DNA from: a virus
Taxonomy: Duplodnaviria > Caudoviricetes
DNA length: 62,771 nucleotides
Reading direction: 5' to 3' (one strand)
Virus record (IMG/VR): IMGVR_UViG_3300036980_000377
Location: 1 to 62,771 of that record
Both the position numbers and the translations under genes were made by a program. The notes beneath the pieces were generated by a model. It worked only from the letters and a program-made list of their open reading frames with translations, was not told where the DNA came from and ran no database searches. This document shows positions 10,018-19,745 of the stretch, one piece after another (the stretch's first letter is position 1; each line of letters opens with the position of its first letter).

Positions 10018-11269
10018 TGCTCAAGGAATGATGACTGACGCGCAGATTATCAGCGCAATGATGCACCCCAGATTTGGTGCACATATTTTATCGAAATTTA
10101 AACCTGAGTGGTTGGGAACCCCAGAACTTAAACAAATTTTTGAAGAGGGCAAATCTTTCTATGAGAAGTTCAGGGAGATCCCAAATCCAACTACCATTAT
10201 CGAGTTTATCAAATTAGAAGGAAAGTATCCTAATGATCGAATTGAACAGTTTTCAAGTCTCGTTAATGGTATACCGCCACTTCTTAATCCGGAATTTTTT
10301 GAGTACCAGCTTGAAAAGAAATTACAAGGTAAGGCCCTTTATCGTGCCATCAAAGATGCCGTCGTACTTCTCCAAGATGAAAAGTATGACGACGTGTTCG
10401 GGTTATTTCATCGTGCACGAGTCGACTCTTTCATGGGTCAAAGAGGTGTTGGTAGCTTTTGGGAGGATTGGGAGCTTAGAGATGTTACACTTAAAGGATC
10501 TCCAACACCTACAGGGTTTACCCCTCTCGATACTTTATTACGGGGAGGGATTTTTCCTGGAGAATTGATGTTGACTATTGGTCTTAAATCTACTGGCAAG
10601 AGTTTTTTTGCCGTGTGGGTGGCCCGAGCCTCACTATTCAGTGGACGAACTACAGTCGTATTTACAATGGAGATGTCTCGAGGAGATCTGCTAAAACGGA
10701 TTGACTGCTCAGTCGCAAATTTTGACTTCGACGTTTACCAAGAAAACAAAGATATGATACAGCAACTGATCCTTGCAAAGAAGGAAGAGCTTCTTGGAGA
10801 TGTACAAGTCGTTGAATATCCATCAGGTTATCCTACAGTTCAAATCATGGAGAACGAAATCCTTGAAATTGAACAACGTCTAGGGAGAAAAGTTGATTGC
10901 TTTGTGGTTGACTACATCGATCTTATGCGTGGCACAGTTGTTGGATCTAAGGGCGACGCGAGATTTGGACTTATTTCAGCTGCAGTTGAGCTTCGGGGTT
11001 TGTGCGGTCGTAATCAACTCGCGGGGGTCGTACTTACGCAGTCTAATGCATTAGGAAAGAAGAGGGTATTCATTGAAGCTGAAAATGCAGCTGAGGCGTA
11101 CGGGCAAACTTGGTCCGCTGATTTTGTGCTCAGCATCAATGAGGTTATTGGAAGACCTGATCAACGTCGACTCTACGTGGCTGATTCTCGCCGGACACAG
11201 AAGAAAGTCAGCTTTCTTTATGAAGTTGATTTCTCTCGGGCGCAGTGGACTGAACGTGGTGGCTTTTGA
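10010..11269 (+). CDS. dnaB: DnaB-like replicative helicase
   Basis: PTGFTPLD, Walker A GLKSTGKS, FTMEMS, VVDYIDLM, TQSN. Confidence 0.9.
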   Translation: MSDAQGMMTDAQIISAMMHPRFGAHILSKFKPEWLGTPELKQIFEEGKSFYEKFREIPNPTTIIEFIKLEGKYPNDRIEQFSSLVNGIPPLLNPEFFEYQLEKKLQGKALYRAIKDAVVLLQDEKYDDVFGLFHRARVDSFMGQRGVGSFWEDWELRDVTLKGSPTPTGFTPLDTLLRGGIFPGELMLTIGLKSTGKSFFAVWVARASLFSGRTTVVFTMEMSRGDLLKRIDCSVANFDFDVYQENKDMIQQLILAKKEELLGDVQVVEYPSGYPTVQIMENEILEIEQRLGRKVDCFVVDYIDLMRGTVVGSKGDARFGLISAAVELRGLCGRNQLAGVVLTQSNALGKKRVFIEAENAAEAYGQTWSADFVLSINEVIGRPDQRRLYVADSRRTQKKVSFLYEVDFSRAQWTERGGF

Positions 11270-11862
11270 TGTTTAATCTCGCCATTTTCTCTTCCGGTGA
11301 AGGTACTTTGCTACAAACAGTCATTGATGCTTTTAATAGTGGCCATCTCAATATGCAGCCCCTAGTAGTGATTAGCAATAACGCGAAGTCTACCGCGCTT
11401 ACACGAGGCTCCAATGCCGGTTTAACTGCCTGGCATCTCTGCGCAGATCATTATTTTGGATCTGAAGAGATACTTGACGAAGTTATCACCCAACTTTTAG
11501 ATGGCTTTAAAATCGATCTAGTCCTCCTTCTAGGGTATATGAAGAAGATAGGCCCATCGATGCTACTCACTTTCCCAGATCAGATTTTAAATATACATCC
11601 CTCATTGCTTCCCAAGTTCGGAGGAGAAGGAATGTATGATATGCTAGTACACAGGGCGGTCATCTCATCGGGTGAAGTGGAGACAGGGATTACAATCCAT
11701 GTAGTTAATGAAGAGTACGATGAGGGTCGAATTATAAATCAATTAAGGATCCCCGTAGAGCCTGATGATACCCCTAAAACACTCCGTGCGAAAGTCCAAA
11801 AAATGGAGCATCCATTTTTAATAGAAACATTACAAGAGATTGAGAGAAGGGGATATGTCTAA
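11266..11862 (+). CDS. purN: phosphoribosylglycinamide formyltransferase
   Basis: SSGEGT, LLLGYMK, LNIHPSLLPKFGG, TGITIHVVNEEYDEG. Confidence 0.93.
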   Translation: MMFNLAIFSSGEGTLLQTVIDAFNSGHLNMQPLVVISNNAKSTALTRGSNAGLTAWHLCADHYFGSEEILDEVITQLLDGFKIDLVLLLGYMKKIGPSMLLTFPDQILNIHPSLLPKFGGEGMYDMLVHRAVISSGEVETGITIHVVNEEYDEGRIINQLRIPVEPDDTPKTLRAKVQKMEHPFLIETLQEIERRGYV

Positions 11863-11947
11863 ACGTAAAATAAAAAAAGGGCGAAGAAAAATGGGGAGTA
11901 AGAAACGCCGCAACTTAAGACGTCGTCGTAAGACGAAAGGACATTGA
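11855..11947 (+). CDS. 30-aa highly basic peptide
   Basis: Translated by hand: MSKRKIKKGRRKMGSKKRRNLRRRRKTKGH; AAGGGG upstream; start overlaps the purN stop. Confidence 0.6.
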   Translation: MSKRKIKKGRRKMGSKKRRNLRRRRKTKGH

Positions 11948-11986
11948 CCTAAATTTTAGGTGGCTCAATTTTGAGTACCCTTTCTT

Positions 11987-12019
11987 TTGCGTTTCTATGT
12001 TTCAAATTTATGATAGAAT
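11987..12019 (+). promoter_or_regulatory. putative sigma70 promoter
   Basis: TTGCGT-16 nt-TATGAT, overlapping an extended -10 TGaTAGAAT. Confidence 0.4.
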
Positions 12020-12037
12020 GAAAAGCAGGAGAAATGT

Positions 12038-12640
12038 ATGGCTCTTATGCCCAGTAACACGACAGTAGGTTGGTTTCCGAGCACCTTCCCAAGTACAGGT
12101 TCTTCTTATACAGTCCCAGCTTCATATCCCGTTTCACTGTATTTAGTTGCCTGTATGCATTGTGGGGAGAAGTTCGTAACAAAACCGCGTAAATCTCTTA
12201 CGTGTGTTCAAAGTCTGGAGACTTGTTGGGATGTTGAATGTCCTAAATGCACCCAAGAAATTCGATTATGCCTTCATGAATGTAGTGGCGACTGTGAACA
12301 TGTTCTTGATTGCCTCCTCGTTGGAATCTCTGATAAAATTATTGAACGCGCCTTGCAACTTGAATTTGAAAAGGGTGCTGAGGTTCATCGTTATGAACCT
12401 TATAATCCTCCTTCTTATTATCCGTGGGATCCAATAATTGGAAATCCAAATATAACTTATGGCAGTAGTACCGCGGTTGATTACACTATAAGTCCTTACA
12501 CAATTTCTTCGGGTGGAACTAATACAACTGGATTAACTAATCCTTCTAACAGTACAGTCACGATCTCTTTTAATGACAAGTTGCGAAACGCTTTACAAGC
12601 TCAACTCAATAAGGCCAACAAGAAAGAAACTATTGAGTAG
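12038..12640 (+). CDS. Cys-rich family member with Ser/Thr/Pro-rich extensions
   Basis: CMHC...CPKC...CSGDCEHVLDCL; AGGAG RBS. Confidence 0.65.
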   Translation: MALMPSNTTVGWFPSTFPSTGSSYTVPASYPVSLYLVACMHCGEKFVTKPRKSLTCVQSLETCWDVECPKCTQEIRLCLHECSGDCEHVLDCLLVGISDKIIERALQLEFEKGAEVHRYEPYNPPSYYPWDPIIGNPNITYGSSTAVDYTISPYTISSGGTNTTGLTNPSNSTVTISFNDKLRNALQAQLNKANKKETIE

Positions 12641-12658
12641 TAGCTAACGGATCTCTTC

Positions 12659-13495
12659 ATGAGCTTTTACAAGTATAGTTTTCCCTATAAGGAAACTGGC
12701 TCGGGAGAGATCCGTTTCTGTTGTCCTACGTGCACTGATCGAGAATATCATTTATATTATAATCCATCGAAAGGACTTTGGAATTGTTTTAAATGTGGGT
12801 ATAAGGGTAAGGGATTCCCTGAGGCTCTCAAAGCTGTTAAACTTCCTCCTCTCGAAGTAGTCGAAACACCGATACGAGAGTTAAAATGGAGTCCCTTACT
12901 CTACCCTCCATCGTGCACGCTTGAATCTGTTATTTGGGACTACTTACTATCTCGAGGAGTAACTAAAGAGGATGTAACAACGTTTCACATAGGGTGGAGT
13001 ACCGAGAAGCCCTTCATAGTAGTATTCCCAATAGTAATGCATGGAGTTATTAAAGCGGTACAAATAAGACACCTAGTTAAACTAGGACCAAAGTACGTAT
13101 TCTATGATGTTGGAAAAGTTAAAGTTAAAAAATCCTTGTTGTTGTATAATTACGACAATGTTATTAACGGGACCGATACTCTTTACATTATGGAAGGAAT
13201 CCTTGATGTCATCAGAGCAGCCCCAAATTGTGGAGTTTGCACCTTCGGAAAATCCCCATCCATTGATCAAGCATCCCTCATTCATGGGATTCCTAAGCGA
13301 AAGCTTGTCTTGGCGTACGATACTGATGTCACTGTAAAAGAATTAGCTCAATCAATTGATCGACTTGGAGCCTATGAATCAGTCTATATTAAACTATTAC
13401 CCAAAGGTAAAGATCCCGCAGATATGGGCGATGAGTTTTTCGCGCTACCCGAAATTCCAGCATTCGACTGGCTATTACAAAACGTCAGGGAGTAA
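12659..13495 (+). CDS. dnaG: DNA primase (zinc finger + TOPRIM)
   Basis: CPTC..H..CFKC zinc finger; MEGILD, LAYDTD, KDPAD. Confidence 0.88.
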   Translation: MSFYKYSFPYKETGSGEIRFCCPTCTDREYHLYYNPSKGLWNCFKCGYKGKGFPEALKAVKLPPLEVVETPIRELKWSPLLYPPSCTLESVIWDYLLSRGVTKEDVTTFHIGWSTEKPFIVVFPIVMHGVIKAVQIRHLVKLGPKYVFYDVGKVKVKKSLLLYNYDNVINGTDTLYIMEGILDVIRAAPNCGVCTFGKSPSIDQASLIHGIPKRKLVLAYDTDVTVKELAQSIDRLGAYESVYIKLLPKGKDPADMGDEFFALPEIPAFDWLLQNVRE

Positions 13496-13497
13496 CT

Positions 13498-14202
13498 ATG
13501 CCACCACTTATTGCACTTGAAACACCTAAACAAAACTTCGATCTACAACTGGAGCACAGTGATTATATCTTCGCTCTAGCACATCTTTGGGATGACAGCA
13601 GATATCGAAACTTCATCTTCAGAGCCCAAGCAGAGGGTAAGCAAATTTATTTAGACAACTCCGCTTTTGAGTTGAAAACCTCCATGGAAATAGATAAATA
13701 TATTTCTATCATAAGAGAGATTAACCCTCAAGTGATAGTTGTGCCCGATGCTCTAGGTGATATTGCTTCAACAATCAAACTCACAAAAATTTTCTATCAA
13801 GGACTTCCCGGAAATTTTTTCCAGAAATATAAGTTCATGATTGTTCCGCAAGGAAAAGATAATCGAGAAAGAATGAAGTGTTTTCATATCATGCGTTCAT
13901 TTGGATTTCCTATTAACATTATAGGGTTACCCCGTCATGCTTATCCTCATAGAGTCGAGCTCCTTAAGTTGGTTAAGAAATTCATGCCAAGAACAAAAAT
14001 CCACTTCCTCGGCTTACCTGATCCGGAAGAACTTAAAGGAGGAGTCGTACATGAAATTGATTCTCTTGATACCTCCTGGGTTGCGAAGTACTCAGTTGGA
14101 AAAGGAGGTTTTGAAATGCTCGACTTTGAATCCGATATCTGCGATCCAGATAAGTTCAATGAAGGACTGGGAATTTTAACTAAGTACTTTGAGGAGGAAT
14201 AA
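13498..14202 (+). CDS. tRNA-guanine-transglycosylase-like TIM barrel (putative DpdA-type 7-deazaguanine DNA insertion enzyme)
   Basis: IYLDNSAFE, VVPD, IVPQG, IHFLG and IDSLDTS parallel the TGT/DpdA motifs; queD, queC and folE2 are in the same genome. Confidence 0.65.
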   Translation: MPPLIALETPKQNFDLQLEHSDYIFALAHLWDDSRYRNFIFRAQAEGKQIYLDNSAFELKTSMEIDKYISIIREINPQVIVVPDALGDIASTIKLTKIFYQGLPGNFFQKYKFMIVPQGKDNRERMKCFHIMRSFGFPINIIGLPRHAYPHRVELLKLVKKFMPRTKIHFLGLPDPEELKGGVVHEIDSLDTSWVAKYSVGKGGFEMLDFESDICDPDKFNEGLGILTKYFEEE

Positions 14203-14203
14203 T

Positions 14204-14560
14204 TTGGAATCTAAAAATCCATTAGATCTGGTTGCTGAAATTGCGAGAACCGTTGGAGGTAAAATCGAAGAGGTGGCGCTTTTTGATGATCACGGCTTTG
14301 CAACAATGTCTTTTGATCTGCCTAAAGATCACTGGCTGTATCAAGAGAACTACGATCCTCCACCCGCTCCCTTTCTCATGGGTACAGATAACCCATTAAG
14401 AGATCATCTTGCTAAAGCAATCAGGCAAGCAGGAATTTATGCTATTAGAGCTACGACCAATAGCGGCAAAATCGATGACTACGATCCTGATGCTTGGCTG
14501 CAAAACCTAGTGGTTGGTATGCTAGGTTACTGGACACCAGATGGACACTCACACCTTTAA
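14204..14560 (+). CDS. hypothetical phage protein
   Basis: GAGGAGG upstream of a TTG start. Confidence 0.6.
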   Translation: MESKNPLDLVAEIARTVGGKIEEVALFDDHGFATMSFDLPKDHWLYQENYDPPPAPFLMGTDNPLRDHLAKAIRQAGIYAIRATTNSGKIDDYDPDAWLQNLVVGMLGYWTPDGHSHL

Positions 14561-14568
14561 GGAGCTTT

Positions 14569-17001
14569 ATGTCTGACGCACAAGATCTTATTAGGAAATT
14601 ACTTGTATCAACTTCCCCAAACTGTGTGGTGCCCGCCTCACGTCCAACAAAAGAATTCTCAGGGCTTGCCTTTGTGGGCATTGCTCCTGCCGAGAAAGAA
14701 GTTGAGCTTGGAGAACCATTTGTCGGTCCTTCTGGTAGGGTGCTTGACGGATGCTTATTTATGGCAGGAATTTCTAGGGAAGCTAGTTGGATCGGAAACC
14801 TTTGTCCTGTTAGACTTCAATCGGATAGAGGCCTCGCAAAATACGAAGTTGATATATTGCGTGAGCCTCTCATCGAGGCTTTACAGAAGCTCAAACCCAA
14901 GGTCGTGGTTACCCTAGGAGCTGAACCCACTAGAGCGCTTTTAAATGTTCCAGACGTTCAGATTATGCTTATGAGATCTCACGTCTATGAGATCCCTGAA
15001 TTACCTGGAACTAAGATCATCCCCTCGATTCATCCATCATTTGCACTGCGTCAAAGTCTAGCCTTAGTTGCTTTATTAGTTAGCGACTTAATGATTGCCA
15101 AGAAAGTCCTAAAAGGTGAAGAAAGGTACAAGCCGTGGACATATACTGAAATTAAAAGCATTCAAGAATTACGTCAAGTTCTTGAATCACACCGCGGACA
15201 AAAGATGTGTCTTGATACTGAAGCGACGAGTCGACACCCTAATCTCGCGGAACTCTTTATGATTAGCTTCGCGTTCTCGGATAATTTAGATCATGGTTAT
15301 GTTATTCATACTCCCACTAAACACTTTGGACTCAACGCTGAACTTCCTGGTCCCCCTGAACTTCTTGATGGACGAGACCACCCTACGCCTCGTGAAGATG
15401 TACTAGAGGTATTTAAAGAATATGATTACGATACGATCATCTTCAATATGCTTTATGACTACATTGTACTTGGAAAATGTGGCTACGAGCCAAGAGTCTT
15501 TGTCGATCCAATGTATGCTTTCGGATCTCTCGATGAGGAATGCCCTAAGAGTCTCGACGTTCTCGGTAGTTTCTTCAGCGGGATTGGTCCCTATACAATG
15601 GACTATCAATCTACAAATATCTCCGACTGGTTACCATATTCGGCATGTGACGCCGTCAATACAAACAGAGTCTGGGCCAGTATCGCTCCTCGCTTTAAAG
15701 AGAAGGCGAAAGACTTCGTTTTGTTTAAATACTTAATGCCTCTTCTCCACAGACTCGCTACGACTAGCATGATTGGATGTTATGTTGATCTCTCCCGTTT
15801 GAATGTCGTTGATGAGAAGATGAATCGAGATATTCAAACAAAAATAGCAATGTTGCATGGGGTAGCTGGATATGAATTCAATCATCGTTCTAACGATCAG
15901 CTTGCACTGGTATTTCAAAAACTCGGGATACCAACTATTGGTAAGACGAAGAAGACTGGAAAACCTTCGTTCCGAAAAGAACTCCTCGAAAAACTCTCAG
16001 GGCGATTCCCTTTTGTGGCTCTTATACGCGAGACCAAATCCTTAGAGAAAATGTACTCAAGCTACATCAAAAATATTAGGAATTATCTGGATGAACATTC
16101 GAGGGTGCACACAAACTTTGATATCAAGAAGACTGGAAGATTATCCGCGAGAGAGCCAGCTCTACAAACACTCCCCAGGGATTCAGTTATTCTTGAGTTG
16201 TTCGCAGCTAAGCCTGGCTGCGTCCTTATTAAATGCGATTTTAGCGCAGCGGAAATGCGCTGGCTCGGTTTTCTGGCTGGGGAGAAAAAGTGGCTTAATC
16301 CCTTTCTAGACATCCATAGATCTAATGCTTCCTTTTTCTACCAGGTTCCAGTGAATGAAGTTACTGATACAATGAGACAGGAAGTTAAATTTCTTGGGTT
16401 TGGTAAGGTTTATGGATCTGGAATTCAAACACTAGCCAAACAATTAGGTTGTTCGGAGCAAGAGGCCGCTAATCGTGAAGATCGATTCTTCGAAACTTTT
16501 CCCAATGTTAAAAAGTTTATGGATGCCCAGAAAGAGCGGGTTCTCAATATGGGCTTCGTTACCAATTATTTTGGTCTTGAACGGCACTTTCACTACGATG
16601 TCAACTTCGGCGTTGAGCAGGATAAAGCAAGAGCTGTCAGGGAGGCTTATAATTTTGGTCCACAATCAGCAACCGCAATGTGGACAAATATGTCTCTCAT
16701 GAAAATTCAAGAATGGTTCGAAAGTCATCTACCTAACTCTCGAGTCGTCCTTCAGATTCACGATGCTATTGTAGCTGAGGTTCCTATTGAAGATTTATTC
16801 ACTGCTTCTCATGCAATTTGGCAGATCATGAGAAGACCTGTTGATAGAAAGACTGGCTTTTTTGTACCCGCTGATATTTCAATTGGATCTAATCTTCTCC
16901 ATCAAGCCAAGGTTATTCCATTTTATGTAACCAACTTCGAAGAAGCATGGGATGCTTATATGTTAAAAACGAAGAAGGAGGAGGAAGCATGGGCTGGGTG
17001 A
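14569..17001 (+). CDS. polA: family A DNA polymerase with N-terminal uracil-DNA-glycosylase-like domain and 3'-5' exonuclease
   Basis: UDG-like GEPFVGPSG, TLGAEP, IHPS; exonuclease LDTEAT; polymerase TGRLS, DFSAAEMR, RQEVKFLGFGKVYG, QIHDA; AAGGAG RBS. Confidence 0.92.
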   Translation: MSDAQDLIRKLLVSTSPNCVVPASRPTKEFSGLAFVGIAPAEKEVELGEPFVGPSGRVLDGCLFMAGISREASWIGNLCPVRLQSDRGLAKYEVDILREPLIEALQKLKPKVVVTLGAEPTRALLNVPDVQIMLMRSHVYEIPELPGTKIIPSIHPSFALRQSLALVALLVSDLMIAKKVLKGEERYKPWTYTEIKSIQELRQVLESHRGQKMCLDTEATSRHPNLAELFMISFAFSDNLDHGYVIHTPTKHFGLNAELPGPPELLDGRDHPTPREDVLEVFKEYDYDTIIFNMLYDYIVLGKCGYEPRVFVDPMYAFGSLDEECPKSLDVLGSFFSGIGPYTMDYQSTNISDWLPYSACDAVNTNRVWASIAPRFKEKAKDFVLFKYLMPLLHRLATTSMIGCYVDLSRLNVVDEKMNRDIQTKIAMLHGVAGYEFNHRSNDQLALVFQKLGIPTIGKTKKTGKPSFRKELLEKLSGRFPFVALIRETKSLEKMYSSYIKNIRNYLDEHSRVHTNFDIKKTGRLSAREPALQTLPRDSVILELFAAKPGCVLIKCDFSAAEMRWLGFLAGEKKWLNPFLDIHRSNASFFYQVPVNEVTDTMRQEVKFLGFGKVYGSGIQTLAKQLGCSEQEAANREDRFFETFPNVKKFMDAQKERVLNMGFVTNYFGLERHFHYDVNFGVEQDKARAVREAYNFGPQSATAMWTNMSLMKIQEWFESHLPNSRVVLQIHDAIVAEVPIEDLFTASHAIWQIMRRPVDRKTGFFVPADISIGSNLLHQAKVIPFYVTNFEEAWDAYMLKTKKEEEAWAG

Positions 17002-17258
17002 GATTTGGGAAATGCCATCAATGCGGAAATTGCTGTCAAATTAAAAATTTACTGCAAGCCGCGTGTCACGTACAAACTACCGTAAGTGATACTGATGCAG
17101 TATGTAGGCATCTCTCGTTTGATGAAACTTCAGGATTGGCAATTTGTTTAGTCTTTAATAAAAAGGAGAGACCCGAGGCGTGTAGCCTGCATCCAGGTAG
17201 TCCAAAATCTTTAACAAGTGAAGAGTGTGGTTACTTCTTCATCTTCACAGACTCGTAA
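16989..17258 (+). CDS. YkgJ-like cysteine-cluster protein
   Basis: CHQCGNCC...CRHL...C...RPEAC..HP. Confidence 0.7.
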   Translation: MGWVRFGKCHQCGNCCQIKNLLQAACHVQTTVSDTDAVCRHLSFDETSGLAICLVFNKKERPEACSLHPGSPKSLTSEECGYFFIFTDS

Positions 17259-17268
17259 GGAGAAATGT

Positions 17269-17508
17269 ATGGCGAATGATGTGTTACCTCCGACGCCGCT
17301 AGAAATGTCCCGATCGAATCTTTATGAGATTCAAAGTATGTTACAAGCTGTTTGCCAGGTTATGGGAGTACCAGCTGAAGTTGCCGGCCCCACAAAGCAG
17401 GCAGTAGAACCAATAACTCTTCAAGAAAAAATCGGTAGTGTCTTAACCATGACGTCAGAAATTCGTTCGAGTCTTGTAGGACTTCAAGACTTTATTTCAA
17501 GAATATAG
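17269..17508 (+). CDS. hypothetical protein
   Basis: AAGGAG RBS. Confidence 0.55.
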   Translation: MANDVLPPTPLEMSRSNLYEIQSMLQAVCQVMGVPAEVAGPTKQAVEPITLQEKIGSVLTMTSEIRSSLVGLQDFISRI

Positions 17509-17518
17509 GAGAAGCGGT

Positions 17519-17914
17519 ATGTATGGAATTACTAAAGAGATGACCTTTGAGGCGGCTCATCGTTTGCTTGATTACAATGGGCCATGTGGAAATCTTCATG
17601 GGCATAGCTACAAAGTTCAAGTAACTGTTTGTAGCGATGCTCTTGATAGCCAAGGTTTTGTAATGGACTTTGGTGATTTAAAAATCGCGGTCAATAAAAT
17701 TATTGGCGAATGGGATCACGCCGTCATTCTTCAGGATAGAGATCCTCTCGTTCCTACATTACAGGCACAAGGTCAGAAAGTCGTTGTATTTCATGAACAA
17801 CCCACCGCTGAGTATATGGCGAACGCTATTTATAATGGACTTCGTATGCAAGGATTAAACGTCTCTCAAGTTGTCGTCTACGAGACTGCTAATAATTGCG
17901 CGTCGGTGTGCTGA
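17519..17914 (+). CDS. queD: 6-carboxy-5,6,7,8-tetrahydropterin synthase
   Basis: FEAAHRL, CGNLHGHSY, VMDFGDLK, DH, PTAE, YET. Confidence 0.93.
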   Translation: MYGITKEMTFEAAHRLLDYNGPCGNLHGHSYKVQVTVCSDALDSQGFVMDFGDLKIAVNKIIGEWDHAVILQDRDPLVPTLQAQGQKVVVFHEQPTAEYMANAIYNGLRMQGLNVSQVVVYETANNCASVC

Positions 17915-18252
17915 TGGCAATCAATCCTTACACAATCTTTGACGTATCAGTCTTAGATGCAATTGAGAAGCAAGCACTTCTTGATGGATGGATCTATCTT
18001 GGCCTAGCTTTGGCTGCTTTAATCGGTATCGCTATCGGGATCTATTTTATCCGGTCCTCTCTCAAGTCTGAAGAAGGGGCTAATGAGAGATGGACTCTTT
18101 ACATCGGAGTTGGACTTGCATTATTTTGCTCTATCTTCTTCATAGTCTTTATTTGGATGTCCCTTGGACGACTACTAAATCCAAGCTTCTACGCGGTAGA
18201 GTATTTAAAAGGAATGTTGAAGATTCAACGGAAACTCCAACTTCCTTTTTAA
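17914..18252 (+). CDS. membrane protein (2 TM)
   Basis: Two hydrophobic segments; LLNPSFYAV. Confidence 0.6.
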   Translation: MAINPYTIFDVSVLDAIEKQALLDGWIYLGLALAALIGIAIGIYFIRSSLKSEEGANERWTLYIGVGLALFCSIFFIVFIWMSLGRLLNPSFYAVEYLKGMLKIQRKLQLPF

Positions 18253-18471
18253 ATAAAGCATGGTCGCAGCCTCCTCCCGGTTACTGAAGCTTGCCGGCGC
18301 GAGTAATCTATAGAGCGACCAGGTTGGTTAAACACCCAACATCTATAGACGAAGAGAGCTTCTACCTTTATGAAAATTAAAATGGTTTGGTGGGCCGAGA
18401 TCGTTCTTTATCTGTACTTCATTATATTTGCATGTTACGGTTTGATAATCTACTACGCGTGGTTTGATTAA

Positions 18472-18678
18472 ATGGAATTCAGAGTTATATGCGAATGCGG
18501 TCTTGAGATGATCCCCGATCGAGATGTCGACGGCACCTTGAAGTACTCATTCCCAATCGCGACTATATCTTTTATGGGATATACCCGATTTCAAGGCAAT
18601 GGACTTTGGTTTATTTGTTCCGCGGACAACTGTCAAAAAGTGGTAGCAGTCATGCCTAGGGAGCCCTCAAATGTGTGA
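18472..18678 (+). CDS. small Cys-containing protein
   Basis: CECG...CSADNC. Confidence 0.45.
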   Translation: MEFRVICECGLEMIPDRDVDGTLKYSFPIATISFMGYTRFQGNGLWFICSADNCQKVVAVMPREPSNV

Positions 18679-18831
18679 AGCAGTTAAAAGATTGTCAATC
18701 ATGAAAATCAGAACGACAGAAAATGGATATGTTGTAGCGACTGATCAAAACTTTGAGTATTCATTTGAATCGTTTGATAACCTAATGAAGTTTATTAGGG
18801 AAAACTTGGAGCTACGTGAATCACAATACCA

Positions 18832-19569
18832 ATGTCCGCGGTTAATGTAGGTAAACGTGCAAAGACAAAAGGCTCTAATTATGAAAGAGACTTTGCGAAA
18901 CGTTTGTCTACGTGGTGGACTTATGGTCAAATGCAAGACGCGTTTTGGAGAACATCTCTTAGCGGCGGAAAGGCAACAATTTCTGGATCGGATGTGCATG
19001 TCGGAGATATTTGTGCCTTACGTCCGATTGCGGTACCTTTAGAAAATTGCGTTGTCTTTGAATTAAAAAGAGGTTATAATAAATCTATAATTCTTGATTG
19101 GCTTCTTTTAGGTTCTACTTCATTGATCGGTCAGTGGTGGAAGAAGGGGTATGATCAAGCTGCCGCATTGAATCGTAAGTTTATTCTAATTGTTAAACAT
19201 GACCAATCCCTTGAGATTGCGTTTATGCTTGAAGATCAAATTCCCGGCAATCCTCCAAGACGATTACTTCATAATGGTGGGATTGCCTGTTTTGTTCTTG
19301 AGGAGGTGCTATGGCAACAAGATCCATTAAAGGTCGCAAACCTACTATTGGATCCGAAAAACCTAAAAGGGTACGAAAAAGAGTCACGGAGATTCCGCAG
19401 CTTGATGATGATAAAATCTACGCGGACGTCCTCCAAGGTCACTTCGACGACCTCTCCCCGGAAAAAGGTAACGGTAAAAAAGGTAGGCGTAGAAAAAGAA
19501 AAAGTACCCAAAGAAAGTGGTGGTGGCCCAAGCATCCCCTTGAAACGTCGCCAGAGCGCGAAGCAATAA
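18832..19569 (+). CDS. Holliday-junction-resolvase-like PD-(D/E)XK nuclease with basic tail
   Basis: KGSNYERDFAK, GDI, FELKRG. Confidence 0.75.
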   Translation: MSAVNVGKRAKTKGSNYERDFAKRLSTWWTYGQMQDAFWRTSLSGGKATISGSDVHVGDICALRPIAVPLENCVVFELKRGYNKSIILDWLLLGSTSLIGQWWKKGYDQAAALNRKFILIVKHDQSLEIAFMLEDQIPGNPPRRLLHNGGIACFVLEEVLWQQDPLKVANLLLDPKNLKGYEKESRRFRSLMMIKSTRTSSKVTSTTSPRKKVTVKKVGVEKEKVPKESGGGPSIPLKRRQSAKQ

Positions 19570-19745
19570 TCGACGAATTAATCGCAATTAGGGAAGCGAA
19601 TGATTACTATCAAGAAGGAACCATGCCACCTGAGTATATGCCTACTGATCAATTAATACTCCACTTAACTCGTTTAAAAGCTGGACTGATTCCCATGATG
19701 ACAAAGAAGGGGATTTTAAGTGTCAAAACATCAAACGACAGTTGA
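19311..19745 (+). CDS. hypothetical protein overlapping the resolvase 3' end
   Basis: GAGGAGGT directly before ATG 19311; fills the gap to the next gene. Confidence 0.6.
   Translation: MATRSIKGRKPTIGSEKPKRVRKRVTEIPQLDDDKIYADVLQGHFDDLSPEKGNGKKGRRRKRKSTQRKWWWPKHPLETSPEREAIIDELIAIREANDYYQEGTMPPEYMPTDQLILHLTRLKAGLIPMMTKKGILSVKTSNDS

Noticed and set aside
17912-17960. UGA readthrough after queD (CASVC-UGA)
   Set aside because: QueD is already full length and the stop overlaps the next start codon (TGATG)
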